Origin: a virus
Taxonomy: Duplodnaviria; Caudoviricetes
Reading direction: 5' to 3' (one strand)
DNA: 64,000 nt
IMG/VR virus record: IMGVR_UViG_3300037483_000378
Span: 1-64,000 of that record
The position numbers and the translations under genes are program-made. The notes below the pieces were generated by a model. The model saw nothing but the letters and a program-made list of their open reading frames with translations, had not been told where the DNA came from and made no database searches. Positions 23,018-31,352 of the stretch are shown here, in pieces. Position 1 is the first letter of the stretch, and each line of letters starts with the position of its first letter.

Positions 23018-24412
23018 TTACGCCGGCCCCCACTCGTTGCCATCGACCCCGGTGCCTGTTAGGCCCGTGCCGTTCACGCTTTGCACGTTGGCGTCCACTT
23101 CGCCAGCCTTCGTGAAAGTCAAGCTGTCGGTCTTCGCCTTGATCGCGTCCACCACGGTGTCCACGGTCGCCAGGTTCGCCGCCGTGGCGAGCGCCGCGTC
23201 CGTGATGGCGGTGTCCACCTCGGCATTGACTTCGGCTGCCGTCAGGTCGTTGAGCGCGCTCACCTCGCTCGACAGCGCGTGGGCCTGTACCTCCTCCCCG
23301 AAGCTGCCGGCCGCGACATGGCCCGCCTTGGCCTCATCCCACACCCCGTCCGAGACCTGCGCCACGGTGGGCACGGCCGCCGTCACGTCGGCGCTGGACA
23401 GGTCGTTGAGGGCCGCGACGCCACCCTGCGTGGTCGCGTGCTGCGCGTCCTGTGCGGTGTCGAGCGCGTCCAGCGTGGTGATCGTGCCGGCGACTCCGCC
23501 GACGGTGCCCGTGACGCTCCCCACCGCGCCGGTCACTGAGCCCACCGCGCCGGTCACGCTCCCGACCGACCCCGACAGGTCGCCCGTGATGTTCGCCGTC
23601 TGGTTGCCGAGGCCGGTCGTGGCCGTGAGGCTGTAGCCGGTCTTCGACCCTGCGGCCACCACGACGCCAGCGGTCCCGGTGTCATCGAGGATCGCGGCCG
23701 TATCGACCTTGACCGCCGCCACGTCCGCGGAGACCGACGCGCCGGCCGGTGCACCGAGCCGAGCGAACACGTCGCCCGTCAGGTAGTCCACCAGCCGCTT
23801 CCCGATGGAGCCGACCGTGGTGAGCGCGGAGGACAGCGCGTCCCACACCGCCTGCACCCCTGCGGCCGACAGCGCGTATCCCGTCTTGCTCGCCGCCGCC
23901 ACCACGACGCCGTCCGTACCGGTGTCGAGGAGGATGGCGTCTACGACCCCGTCCACGGTGGCCAGAGCCGTCGCGGTGGCGATGTCCTGGGCCGCACCAC
24001 CGACCAGCGTGACGTCTATCTCCGGCACCCCAGCGACGGTCGGGGTCGCCGCGGCGGTCCCGAGCCACTGCGTCACGCTCACGTCGAGCACGTCCGAGCC
24101 GGCGACAATCGAATCGTACACGTTGGCGGGCAGAACCAGGAACTCGTGCCAGACCGGGAGATGCGTGGCGGCGTCATGCACCTTCAGCACGAGACTTCCG
24201 AGCGTGTTGGTGTGCGTCGTGGTGAGGGTGACGGGATACCATCCATCGGAGTCGTAGGTCCCGAGCACTGGCCCGGCGCCGTAGGCTCCGCCGGCCTTGC
24301 TGATCTCGGTCCCGGCACCCGCGAGTCCGGCCTCCTCGGTGACGCCGTCCGTCTTGTCGAGGCACGGCCCGATGCGCTCCGTTACTTCCGTCGACTGCTT
24401 GAGGAGTCTCAT
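23018..24412 (-). CDS. Ala/Thr/Gly-rich virion fibre-like protein
   Basis: VGSVTGA repeats; duplicated DTGT.GVVVAA.SKTGY segment. Confidence 0.75.
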   Translation of the reverse strand: MRLLKQSTEVTERIGPCLDKTDGVTEEAGLAGAGTEISKAGGAYGAGPVLGTYDSDGWYPVTLTTTHTNTLGSLVLKVHDAATHLPVWHEFLVLPANVYDSIVAGSDVLDVSVTQWLGTAAATPTVAGVPEIDVTLVGGAAQDIATATALATVDGVVDAILLDTGTDGVVVAAASKTGYALSAAGVQAVWDALSSALTTVGSIGKRLVDYLTGDVFARLGAPAGASVSADVAAVKVDTAAILDDTGTAGVVVAAGSKTGYSLTATTGLGNQTANITGDLSGSVGSVTGAVGSVTGAVGSVTGTVGGVAGTITTLDALDTAQDAQHATTQGGVAALNDLSSADVTAAVPTVAQVSDGVWDEAKAGHVAAGSFGEEVQAHALSSEVSALNDLTAAEVNAEVDTAITDAALATAANLATVDTVVDAIKAKTDSLTFTKAGEVDANVQSVNGTGLTGTGVDGNEWGPA

Positions 24413-25182
24413 ACTCGCATCCTACGATAAGAGTGCATGGCAACGGGGACCGAAAGTCCACCACCAACCGCAACCGGCGCGAACCGCTGCTTGGCAGCGC
24501 CCCACCTCCGCAGCGGCGCGTGTTCCGACGCCGTTGCGTCCGTGACCGTACCGGTCTTGCCGTTCCCGGAGTAGTCGAGCACCGCGCCCGTCGTGCGGGG
24601 ATCACCGACCAGGAGCGCCGTGCTCCGCTGCCATGAGGATATCCCGCCCCGCACGATTTCGTTGATCTGCGCGAGCGTCAGCGCCTCAGAGTAGATCGCG
24701 TACCGGCTCAGGTCGCCGTCGCACGATAGGCCGCCACCAGCATCGTAATTGCCCATCCACGAGGTAACCCCCGCAGCAGACGGCGTAGTGCCGTCCGTTT
24801 GTAGCGCATAGGTGACTTCCGCGAGATCGCTCCCCAGCGTGCCGGTGTACAGACGGACGTGTGACCCAGCCGCCGCCGCCGCATCAAACGTGACGGCGAC
24901 AAGGTACGTGGTCCCGGCAGCGAATACGCTCCCAACCGAATAGTAGTCGTGCGACCCCCACGAAAAGCGCAGGGACCCCGCCCCACCGTACCCACCGATA
25001 TTGTCAATGGACACGAAACGGTTGCCGCCCCCATCCGAACACGACCAGACCAGCCGGAACGTAGACCCGTCGATCGTGCCGGGCCGAAACACGAAGAGCC
25101 ATGTGTTCGGGCCGCCGACAATCCCGACGTCGCCGTGGTCTACTCGCCGAGCGCTACCGGTGGGAGCGAAATTCAGAGCCAC
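24409..25182 (-). CDS. LamG/concanavalin A-like virion protein
   Basis: YLVAVTFD, RLY, IYSEALT.AQI, DYSGNG..GT. Confidence 0.75.
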   Translation of the reverse strand: MALNFAPTGSARRVDHGDVGIVGGPNTWLFVFRPGTIDGSTFRLVWSCSDGGGNRFVSIDNIGGYGGAGSLRFSWGSHDYYSVGSVFAAGTTYLVAVTFDAAAAAGSHVRLYTGTLGSDLAEVTYALQTDGTTPSAAGVTSWMGNYDAGGGLSCDGDLSRYAIYSEALTLAQINEIVRGGISSWQRSTALLVGDPRTTGAVLDYSGNGKTGTVTDATASEHAPLRRWGAAKQRFAPVAVGGGLSVPVAMHSYRRMRV

Positions 25183-25186
25183 GGGA

Positions 25187-25708
25187 TCAGGTCTCGGTCA
25201 TCACGATGGCGAGGAGATGCGCGTCGCCCGTCGCGGTGTCGGTCTGGGTCGTACCGTCCGCGTCCCTGTTGACCTTGAGCCTGCCCAGTTCGTTCGCTGC
25301 CAACGAGTCCATGTCGGCACCGTCCGTGAACGCGACCGTGAGCGAGGATGAAAGCTCATGCGCAGTCGTGGGCACCGTCTCGCTCGCCCCGTTCGCCGCA
25401 GCGAAGTCGCTTCCAGCCGCGTCCAGGTCGGCGGCATCAGCTACCCGCTCGATGGCGGCCTCTATCCCCACTGCACCGGAGGTTGCCGACTCCATCGCGT
25501 AGAAGAAACGGAGCGTGATCCCACCGCCCGCGTAGTTCGACGGCATGATGAAGGTCCAGATCACCGATTCGTCCACGGTGTCATCGAACCTGAGCGAGGG
25601 ACGGAACCCCGCGACCCCCGTGATGTAGCCGGGCACCGCAGGGGTCGTTGCCAGCGGGATATCGTGTTGCTCGGGGATGAAGACCCAGAGCGTATCGCCG
25701 GATGCCAT
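25187..25708 (-). CDS. Virion structural beta-sandwich protein
   Basis: LRFDDTVDES...MPSNYAGG; structural module context. Confidence 0.65.
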   Translation of the reverse strand: MASGDTLWVFIPEQHDIPLATTPAVPGYITGVAGFRPSLRFDDTVDESVIWTFIMPSNYAGGGITLRFFYAMESATSGAVGIEAAIERVADAADLDAAGSDFAAANGASETVPTTAHELSSSLTVAFTDGADMDSLAANELGRLKVNRDADGTTQTDTATGDAHLLAIVMTET

Positions 25709-25974
25709 TAGAGTGCCTCCCCACGGTGAGAGGGAACGTCAGCCGCGATCACCGCGCTCCAGAACGCCGAATTGATCTCAGCGTCCAGCGCGTTGATCCG
25801 CGTGCTCACGGTCGCCGTCTGGCCCTGGAGCGGCGTGCCCGTGACGTTCGGTGCCGCAGCCACGAAGGCCGCGCGCATTTCCTGCATCCGCGCCACGGAC
25901 GCGCGGATCTTCAGCGCCTCCCGGGCGATGACCGCGATGGCGGTCGCAACCTTTTTCTTGTCCGAGACGGCCAT
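25708..25974 (-). CDS. Hypothetical helical protein
   Basis: RBS GGGAGG; start MAVSDKKK. Confidence 0.6.
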   Translation of the reverse strand: MAVSDKKKVATAIAVIAREALKIRASVARMQEMRAAFVAAAPNVTGTPLQGQTATVSTRINALDAEINSAFWSAVIAADVPSHRGEAL

Positions 25975-26006
25975 GGGGCCACCTCCCCGCTTGAGTGTGA
26001 GTGTCC

Positions 26007-26615
26007 CTACCCCGGCACGACCGTCTGAACGACGGCCGCCCCTGCTCCGATCCCTCCGACGATCTGCCATAGCCGGGCCGACCTTTCGGCCCTCGCCGCC
26101 CTACTCTCTGCCAACCCGAGCCGATCCATCGCCTCCACGAGCGTCGCGTTCGCCGCCAAAAGCGCATCGTCCTTCGCGTCTAAGGCTAACTCCGCTAGTG
26201 TCGCCCGCCGCTCCCACAATGCGGCCCGGTCCCGGAGGACCGCTTTCTCGTCCTCGTTCGCCACCGCGAGTGCAGAGTCTGCCGCTACGTGAGCGTCCCA
26301 CGCCTCCGTAGACGCACCCAGGCTGTCCAGGAGCGCGCGGACCGTGGCGCCCGACGTCTGGGCCGTGCGTGTCTCCCGAGCGGCACGCTGGGCCGCTTCC
26401 CGCTCGCGTTCGGCGGCTTGGGCCAGGACCCGGGGCATCGTGTCCCGCATGGCGTCCAGCTCCGCTACCGCTGAGTCTGCCCGATGCTCCGCTTCGACCC
26501 TTGCCGAATCCAGCCGGGCAAGCGCACCAGACTGGTCAGGCGTCCGGGGCGTGAGCGCCCACGACAGGACGATCCACGCGACGGCGCCGGCGATTACGAG
26601 GCCGACCTGTTTCAT
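26007..26615 (-). CDS. Spanin-like membrane/coiled-coil lysis protein
   Basis: N-terminal TM, long Ala-rich coiled coil, C-terminal hydrophobic segment; downstream of endolysin. Confidence 0.55.
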   Translation of the reverse strand: MKQVGLVIAGAVAWIVLSWALTPRTPDQSGALARLDSARVEAEHRADSAVAELDAMRDTMPRVLAQAAEREREAAQRAARETRTAQTSGATVRALLDSLGASTEAWDAHVAADSALAVANEDEKAVLRDRAALWERRATLAELALDAKDDALLAANATLVEAMDRLGLAESRAARAERSARLWQIVGGIGAGAAVVQTVVPG

Positions 26616-26845
26616 GGCTTCCATTCTGGATACAACCCGAAGCGAGCGAGGATCTTGCGTGCCTTCGGCCCCCCCAGAGTGCGGCGTCCGTACTCCATGT
26701 CGCTGAGGTGCGCTGCACTACACCCCCCCTCGCGAGATACAAGACGCAGCGACATTCCCGCTGCCATGCGGCGGCGGCGTAGTTCCGCGCCGAGGCGCTT
26801 CCAGTCGGGGGCGACCCCGGTACCGTGGCAGTGCTTGCATTTCAT
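26612..26845 (-). CDS. Zn-finger + XRE HTH regulator
   Basis: CKHCHGTG; LRRRR.AAGMSLR.VS...GCSAAHLSDMEYGRR. Confidence 0.8.
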   Translation of the reverse strand: MKCKHCHGTGVAPDWKRLGAELRRRRMAAGMSLRLVSREGGCSAAHLSDMEYGRRTLGGPKARKILARFGLYPEWKP

Positions 26846-26952
26846 CGTGGGCCACCCCGTTTTGTGTCGACAATCACGTAGATGATCGTGACCCACGAGC
26901 ACGCCAGGACTACAGCCACTATAGCCCAGAACGGAAGACAGAAATCATTCAC
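26842..26952 (-). CDS. Small membrane peptide
   Basis: Single TM; overlaps both neighbours. Confidence 0.35.
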   Translation of the reverse strand: MNDFCLPFWAIVAVVLACSWVTIIYVIVDTKRGGPR

Positions 26953-27655
26953 GGCGCGCGTCTCCGGGGATATTGCCGTCAGGTCCAGGTATCTCGAAAT
27001 CGTGCATACACTGAGCGTAGCCGCGGTCCCACTGGTCCACCGCACTTCGAGGCGCGGTGGCTTTTAACCGCTCGTTCTCGGCACGGAGCGCGACCACTTC
27101 AGCGCACAACCACGGCACATCTTCGCGAGCGTGGACAACAAAGGCTGCGTCCCGTTCACGTTGTGGCGCCGCACGACGGACACCCTCGCCGCGTCGGTAG
27201 TCATCGTGAACGCGAAAAAGTGGTTCAATATGTCCCCACATCCCACGCTTAACCCACACCTTCCCAACAGCCGTATCGGGGTCCTGAATCCACGGCCCCT
27301 TGGTAGCGGCGTCCGCTCGTTCTTGGATTCGTGCGAGCCGTTCCACCATGTCCTCCGTGTCCATTGCCCCACAGTTAGTCAGAGAAGGGAACGCCTTGTC
27401 TACTCGGCGTGCCGTTTCGTAGTCGGGGGCGATAATGAGTTCGCGCCCGTCCGCCAAGGCGATATTGCCGGGCCGAATACCATGCCCGCAGCACGACGCC
27501 ACGGTTCGGATACAGGCCTTGTTTAGCGCCTCTACGATGCGGGCGATACACGAATCCACACTTACTTCGCCGATCTCAAGGGACGTGTTCGTGGGGTCCT
27601 CTGGATGTAACCGCACCCATATGGGTACCGAGACCGTTTTTCCACGCTCACACAT
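26945..27655 (-). CDS. Two-module hypothetical protein (SCCGH module + Ead/Ea22-like AAT.GPW module)
   Basis: VDSCIARIVEALN...ASCCGHG and ERADAATKGPW...DAAFVVHAREDVPWL. Confidence 0.65.
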   Translation of the reverse strand: MCERGKTVSVPIWVRLHPEDPTNTSLEIGEVSVDSCIARIVEALNKACIRTVASCCGHGIRPGNIALADGRELIIAPDYETARRVDKAFPSLTNCGAMDTEDMVERLARIQERADAATKGPWIQDPDTAVGKVWVKRGMWGHIEPLFRVHDDYRRGEGVRRAAPQRERDAAFVVHAREDVPWLCAEVVALRAENERLKATAPRSAVDQWDRGYAQCMHDFEIPGPDGNIPGDARRE

Positions 27656-28067
27656 CTGAAGTCCAGCCTTTCGCAATACACTGGGCCCCAACGACTTCGA
27701 ACCACGCGTTGAAGTCCATGCACTCGCGGGATGGGTTGCGGGCAGCGGCCCACCCGAGATTCATCGCCTTCTTGATCGCATCCCCAACGCCCCGGCCTCC
27801 ACACGCGGTCCAGCACGGGCACGGTATTTCTTCCCCTCCGTTTTCAACGGACCACTCCTCACACTCCTTTGCTGCGTCGCGGAAGTTCTGCTCTCGCTCC
27901 ATCAACTCCGCGTATTCGCCGACACCGTGCCCGGCCTCATGGTAAAACTTCATTGCGATGGCGTAGTGTTGCTCGTCATCCAAGTACACGTCGCCTTCTT
28001 TGGATTCGGTGAGGGCCGCACATACTGCAATCGAGTATCCGTCTACCACACGTAGCCTCATGGCCAT
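27648..28067 (-). CDS. Hypothetical protein
   Basis: Clean ORF in the inserted cassette. Confidence 0.6.
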   Translation of the reverse strand: MAMRLRVVDGYSIAVCAALTESKEGDVYLDDEQHYAIAMKFYHEAGHGVGEYAELMEREQNFRDAAKECEEWSVENGGEEIPCPCWTACGGRGVGDAIKKAMNLGWAAARNPSRECMDFNAWFEVVGAQCIAKGWTSDV

Positions 28068-28070
28068 GGT

Positions 28071-28283
28071 CTAATCTCCGGGCATCGTCGGTGGTTCGAT
28101 CGGTCCAGCCCACAGCCAGTCCTCCTTGTCCAACTCGTCGAGTGCTGTGGTTCCAGCGTCCAGCCACAGGTCCCCCTCCGGGCCTTCTTCCACGAGTACG
28201 ATTGTCGGGTCTTCGCGGCCATCGATCACGTATAGCCAGTACCACCCAACCCTATTTGGCAGATCAGAAGTCCACGCGCTCAT
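28071..28283 (-). CDS. Small phage protein (P...GWYW...W.GPI.PP type)
   Basis: RBS AAGGA; first gene after a sigma70-type promoter. Confidence 0.7.
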   Translation of the reverse strand: MSAWTSDLPNRVGWYWLYVIDGREDPTIVLVEEGPEGDLWLDAGTTALDELDKEDWLWAGPIEPPTMPGD

Positions 28284-28322
28284 TCCTTGTCCTCGTTTAG
28301 GTGTGGGTGAAGTCCGTCACCT

Positions 28323-28351
28323 AATGTAAGCGCGAAGCGCGTATAGGGCAA
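28323..28351 (-). promoter_or_regulatory. Sigma70-type promoter TTGCCC-N17-TACATT
   Basis: Canonical spacing in an AT-richer gap between endolysin and cassette. Confidence 0.55.
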
Positions 28352-28410
28352 ACAGTTTCATTGCGGCCAGAGCCAGACGCCCGCGATGTGGATGCCGTAG
28401 CCCGGAGTGC

Positions 28411-28821
28411 TCACGGCCTCACCTGCCAATGGGGAAGATCCCTACGATTCGCGGGCCAATTTCCCCCCCATTCGACATGGATGCCCATGTGCAGCGCGGT
28501 CGCTTGGACGAATCCGGCCAGCCGGTAGAACCGACTCTCGTCCTGCCAGTCAATCGGCCACGGGGCCACGTCCACCGCTAGTCCCCGACCCTGAGCGTCG
28601 GTACGCTGGTGGTTCGACAGGTTCGTCACACCGTCCGCGTAGGTGACAATCGAGCCTTTCGCCGTCCGGCCCTGAGCGTAGAGGGCTTGCTGGCGTTCCG
28701 TCGTCCTGCGGCCTTCCAGGATCGTGATATCGAAGTCCTTGATGACCTGCGTGAACAGCCGCTGCAGGTCCGGGTGGGCCGTCGCCAGTTCGCGTTTCGA
28801 CCGCTCGCCAAATTCCGGCAT
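28411..28821 (-). CDS. Endolysin, M15 family L-Ala-D-Glu peptidase
   Basis: EGRRT.ERQ..LYAQGRT, SNH, AVDV, WGGNW, DLPHWQ. Confidence 0.92.
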   Translation of the reverse strand: MPEFGERSKRELATAHPDLQRLFTQVIKDFDITILEGRRTTERQQALYAQGRTAKGSIVTYADGVTNLSNHQRTDAQGRGLAVDVAPWPIDWQDESRFYRLAGFVQATALHMGIHVEWGGNWPANRRDLPHWQVRP

Positions 28822-29178
28822 CTATTTGTCCTCCATCGTGTACGTAGACTCGGACTCGGTGTGCGTCGTGCGTCGTGAGATCATGCCGCCGAAGATCGCC
28901 GTGAGCGCCTGAAGCGCTTCCTTGCCCGGCACCGCTGCGAACAGGTCGGCTACCGGAAGCGCGAGGACGATCACGGTCAACGCGGCAAAGTCCCAAGGGC
29001 CAAACGTCTCTGGCCAGTTCTCACAGAACAGAACGAACGCACCCACGTCGATGATCCTGAACGCGGACAGGCTGCGGCCCCGGGAGTGCTTGCCTTCGAT
29101 GGCCGATAGCGGATAGTGCAGAACGTCGCCGATCTTCCGGGACGTGCTCCGCTGGCCCCTCGCGTCCGGCTCGCTCAT
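28822..29178 (-). CDS. Putative holin-like membrane protein
   Basis: Two hydrophobic segments; directly upstream of endolysin. Confidence 0.5.
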   Translation of the reverse strand: MSEPDARGQRSTSRKIGDVLHYPLSAIEGKHSRGRSLSAFRIIDVGAFVLFCENWPETFGPWDFAALTVIVLALPVADLFAAVPGKEALQALTAIFGGMISRRTTHTESESTYTMEDK

Positions 29179-29284
29179 GTCTGTCACGCTTCCCTCCATA
29201 TCCCACGAGTCAGGCACCCGCAGCGATCTCCGGGTGAGCGGGTCGGGCGCCGGAGGTTTGATCGACCGCCCGGCGTTCTACCCG

Positions 29285-29539
29285 TTACTCCACCGGCTCC
29301 GTCGGCGTGATGTCCACGTAGTACGTCTCCCCCTCAACGAAGAACCCGGCCAGGTTCGGATTCGACACCCCGAACTCCAGCGTGCCCCACGGCGTCGCCG
29401 CCGAGAACTTCGTGTCCTCCGGGTCATCCTCCGCGTACCGGGTGTGCATCAGCACCTTCTGTTCGTCGTACTGTCCCGGCGTCCCCGGCGTCCCATCCGC
29501 CTTCGTCACCGTGAACTTGCACCGCGCTCTCTTGGGCAT
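29285..29539 (-). CDS. Hypothetical phage protein
   Basis: RCKFTV...FSAATPWG.LEF.V.NP; clean ORF with RBS. Confidence 0.65.
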   Translation of the reverse strand: MPKRARCKFTVTKADGTPGTPGQYDEQKVLMHTRYAEDDPEDTKFSAATPWGTLEFGVSNPNLAGFFVEGETYYVDITPTEPVE

Positions 29540-29603
29540 CGTCCCCTCCTGTGTGTTGGTGGCCCGAGTGTCAGAACGAGGTCGGGCCGTCCCCGTTGCG
29601 CAT

Positions 29604-29780
29604 CTATGGCATCGTCGGCGCTACGCCAGCCCAGCGCAGCAGGAACATGAGCAGCCACAGAACCAGCACGATGATGACCGCGCCGTTGAGGATTCGGACC
29701 CTCGCTTCCATGGGAATGAACGTGTTGGCGAGCCATAGGACAACGCCCACTGCGATGATGATGACCGCGACCTGAATCAT
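29604..29780 (-). CDS. 58-aa two-TM membrane protein (Thivi_2564-like)
   Basis: MIQVAVIIIAVGVVLWLANTFIPMEARVRILNGAVIIVLVLWLLMFLLRW; not in ORF track. Confidence 0.7.
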   Translation of the reverse strand: MIQVAVIIIAVGVVLWLANTFIPMEARVRILNGAVIIVLVLWLLMFLLRWAGVAPTMP

Positions 29781-29817
29781 GGTGTACCTCCCGCTTTTGC
29801 GTCTCGGATATCCTGCC

Positions 29818-30102
29818 TCAGTTCTTCGACCTTGCCTGTGAGCGTCGCTCGTCCTGCCGGGTGAGCTGCTCCGCTATGCTCACCTGCGCCCGAGCCATCG
29901 CGTCCATCTGCATGACCATGCGCTCCAGCGGCTTGACGATCTCAGCCACAAGCAAGTCCTGGCGGGCGGCTTCTGCTGCCTTCCACTCCCGGCGCGTCAC
30001 CCACCGGATGTCGCCACGGATCAGGCCGATAGCCCCGATGGGCACCGCGACGATGCCGACGAGCCCCGCGATCTGGAGCGCCAGTGCGAGATAGTCGCTC
30101 AT
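29818..30102 (-). CDS. TM + coiled-coil protein (lysis accessory/antiholin-like)
   Basis: N-terminal TM then coiled coil. Confidence 0.55.
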   Translation of the reverse strand: MSDYLALALQIAGLVGIVAVPIGAIGLIRGDIRWVTRREWKAAEAARQDLLVAEIVKPLERMVMQMDAMARAQVSIAEQLTRQDERRSQARSKN

Positions 30103-30509
30103 GCCTCGCGCTCCTGTATCGCGTCCTCGCGCCGACGCACCTTGTCGAGCATCTGCACGAGCAGCTCCACGGCCACCGAGATCTCCGGGCGCTCGGCATC
30201 GAGGGCGCGGCGGATGCGGTCCAGGTCGTCGGCAATTGTGGCGAAGCGCGTCTCCCAGCCCATGACGACGCGTTCCAGCCGGAGCACCTTCTGGCCCAGA
30301 TCGTCGTTCTCCTGTTCGGTGCGCTCCAACCGGCTTTGCAGCGAATCGCGGAATCGCTCCGCTGCCTCGCTGTCTGAGATCCGGTCGCGCCGTTGCTGCG
30401 CACTGTCCGCGCTCCGACCCTTGGCCGTGTAGTCGATCAACTTCACCGCGATCATCCCCAGCACGGGCACGGCGGCGCCGATGAGCGCGGCCAGGACGGA
30501 CGGGTTCAT
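30099..30509 (-). CDS. TM + coiled-coil protein
   Basis: Start MNPSVLAAL; heptad-rich. Confidence 0.6.
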   Translation of the reverse strand: MNPSVLAALIGAAVPVLGMIAVKLIDYTAKGRSADSAQQRRDRISDSEAAERFRDSLQSRLERTEQENDDLGQKVLRLERVVMGWETRFATIADDLDRIRRALDAERPEISVAVELLVQMLDKVRRREDAIQEREA

Positions 30510-30940
30510 CGGGTCACTCTCCGGGCGGGCGGGTAGAGGATCCTCAGCCGGGAGTAGACCCAGAGCGAGGCGAGGGCATAGGGCAGGTGGGTCGGCAGCG
30601 CAGCGGACCACGGCACGGTCGCCATCAGCGCACCCAGCACGGCCAGCCAGAGTAGCATGGTGACCACGACCGCGCGGCGGCATTGGTGGACGTCGCGGCG
30701 CCGGATCGCCCGCCGGTGCGCGATCCCGTGGCCCAAGAACAAAGCGCCCACCAGCCACTCCGGGATGATCCGAAGCACGGTGTAGGCTGCGGGCACCGAG
30801 TCGTACACGTCCCACCAGCCGAGCAGCCACGCCCCGTACCCGATGGCGCTCCACGCCAGGACACGCTCGGTCGATACCGTGCGCTCCCCGGTTAGGGCGG
30901 CGCGGACGTCGGCCAGGGCGCGGCGGATGGGGCTCACCAT
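30506..30940 (-). CDS. Four-TM membrane protein (holin candidate)
   Basis: Multiple hydrophobic helices; RBS GGAGG. Confidence 0.55.
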   Translation of the reverse strand: MVSPIRRALADVRAALTGERTVSTERVLAWSAIGYGAWLLGWWDVYDSVPAAYTVLRIIPEWLVGALFLGHGIAHRRAIRRRDVHQCRRAVVVTMLLWLAVLGALMATVPWSAALPTHLPYALASLWVYSRLRILYPPARRVTR

Positions 30941-31023
30941 GGCCTCCACCACCACAGTGACCCACCCGGCGGGCACGTCAGCAGGAACAGCGTGAAGCAC
31001 GCGAGCACGGTGGCGAACACGGG

Positions 31024-31341
31024 CTAGCCCTCGGGGTGCGTGCGCACCCGGTCAGCCAGAGATTCCACAATCCGGCCCAAGCCGACAGGGAGCCGATCAA
31101 GCATCTGGGCCAAGGCGTCCGCAAGCAGGGTGCGCTCCCGATCGGACAAATCTAGTTCGGCTGATTCTCCGATCCGGCGCGGCGTATACCCGTCCCGGTC
31201 CGTCGGTCCGGTCTCAACACCCGCGGCCTCGATCTTTTCGAGTAGCTGAAGCCGCTCACGGTACGCGCCCACGCTGCCCGGCGATGCGTAGAACGCGGCC
31301 GGCAGAACGAAGTCGGCATATTCTCGATTCGTGATCTTCAT
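31024..31341 (-). CDS. Hypothetical protein after tailspike (possible fibre chaperone)
   Basis: Position directly after tail fibre gene. Confidence 0.55.
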   Translation of the reverse strand: MKITNREYADFVLPAAFYASPGSVGAYRERLQLLEKIEAAGVETGPTDRDGYTPRRIGESAELDLSDRERTLLADALAQMLDRLPVGLGRIVESLADRVRTHPEG

Positions 31342-31352
31342 GGCCCCATCCC

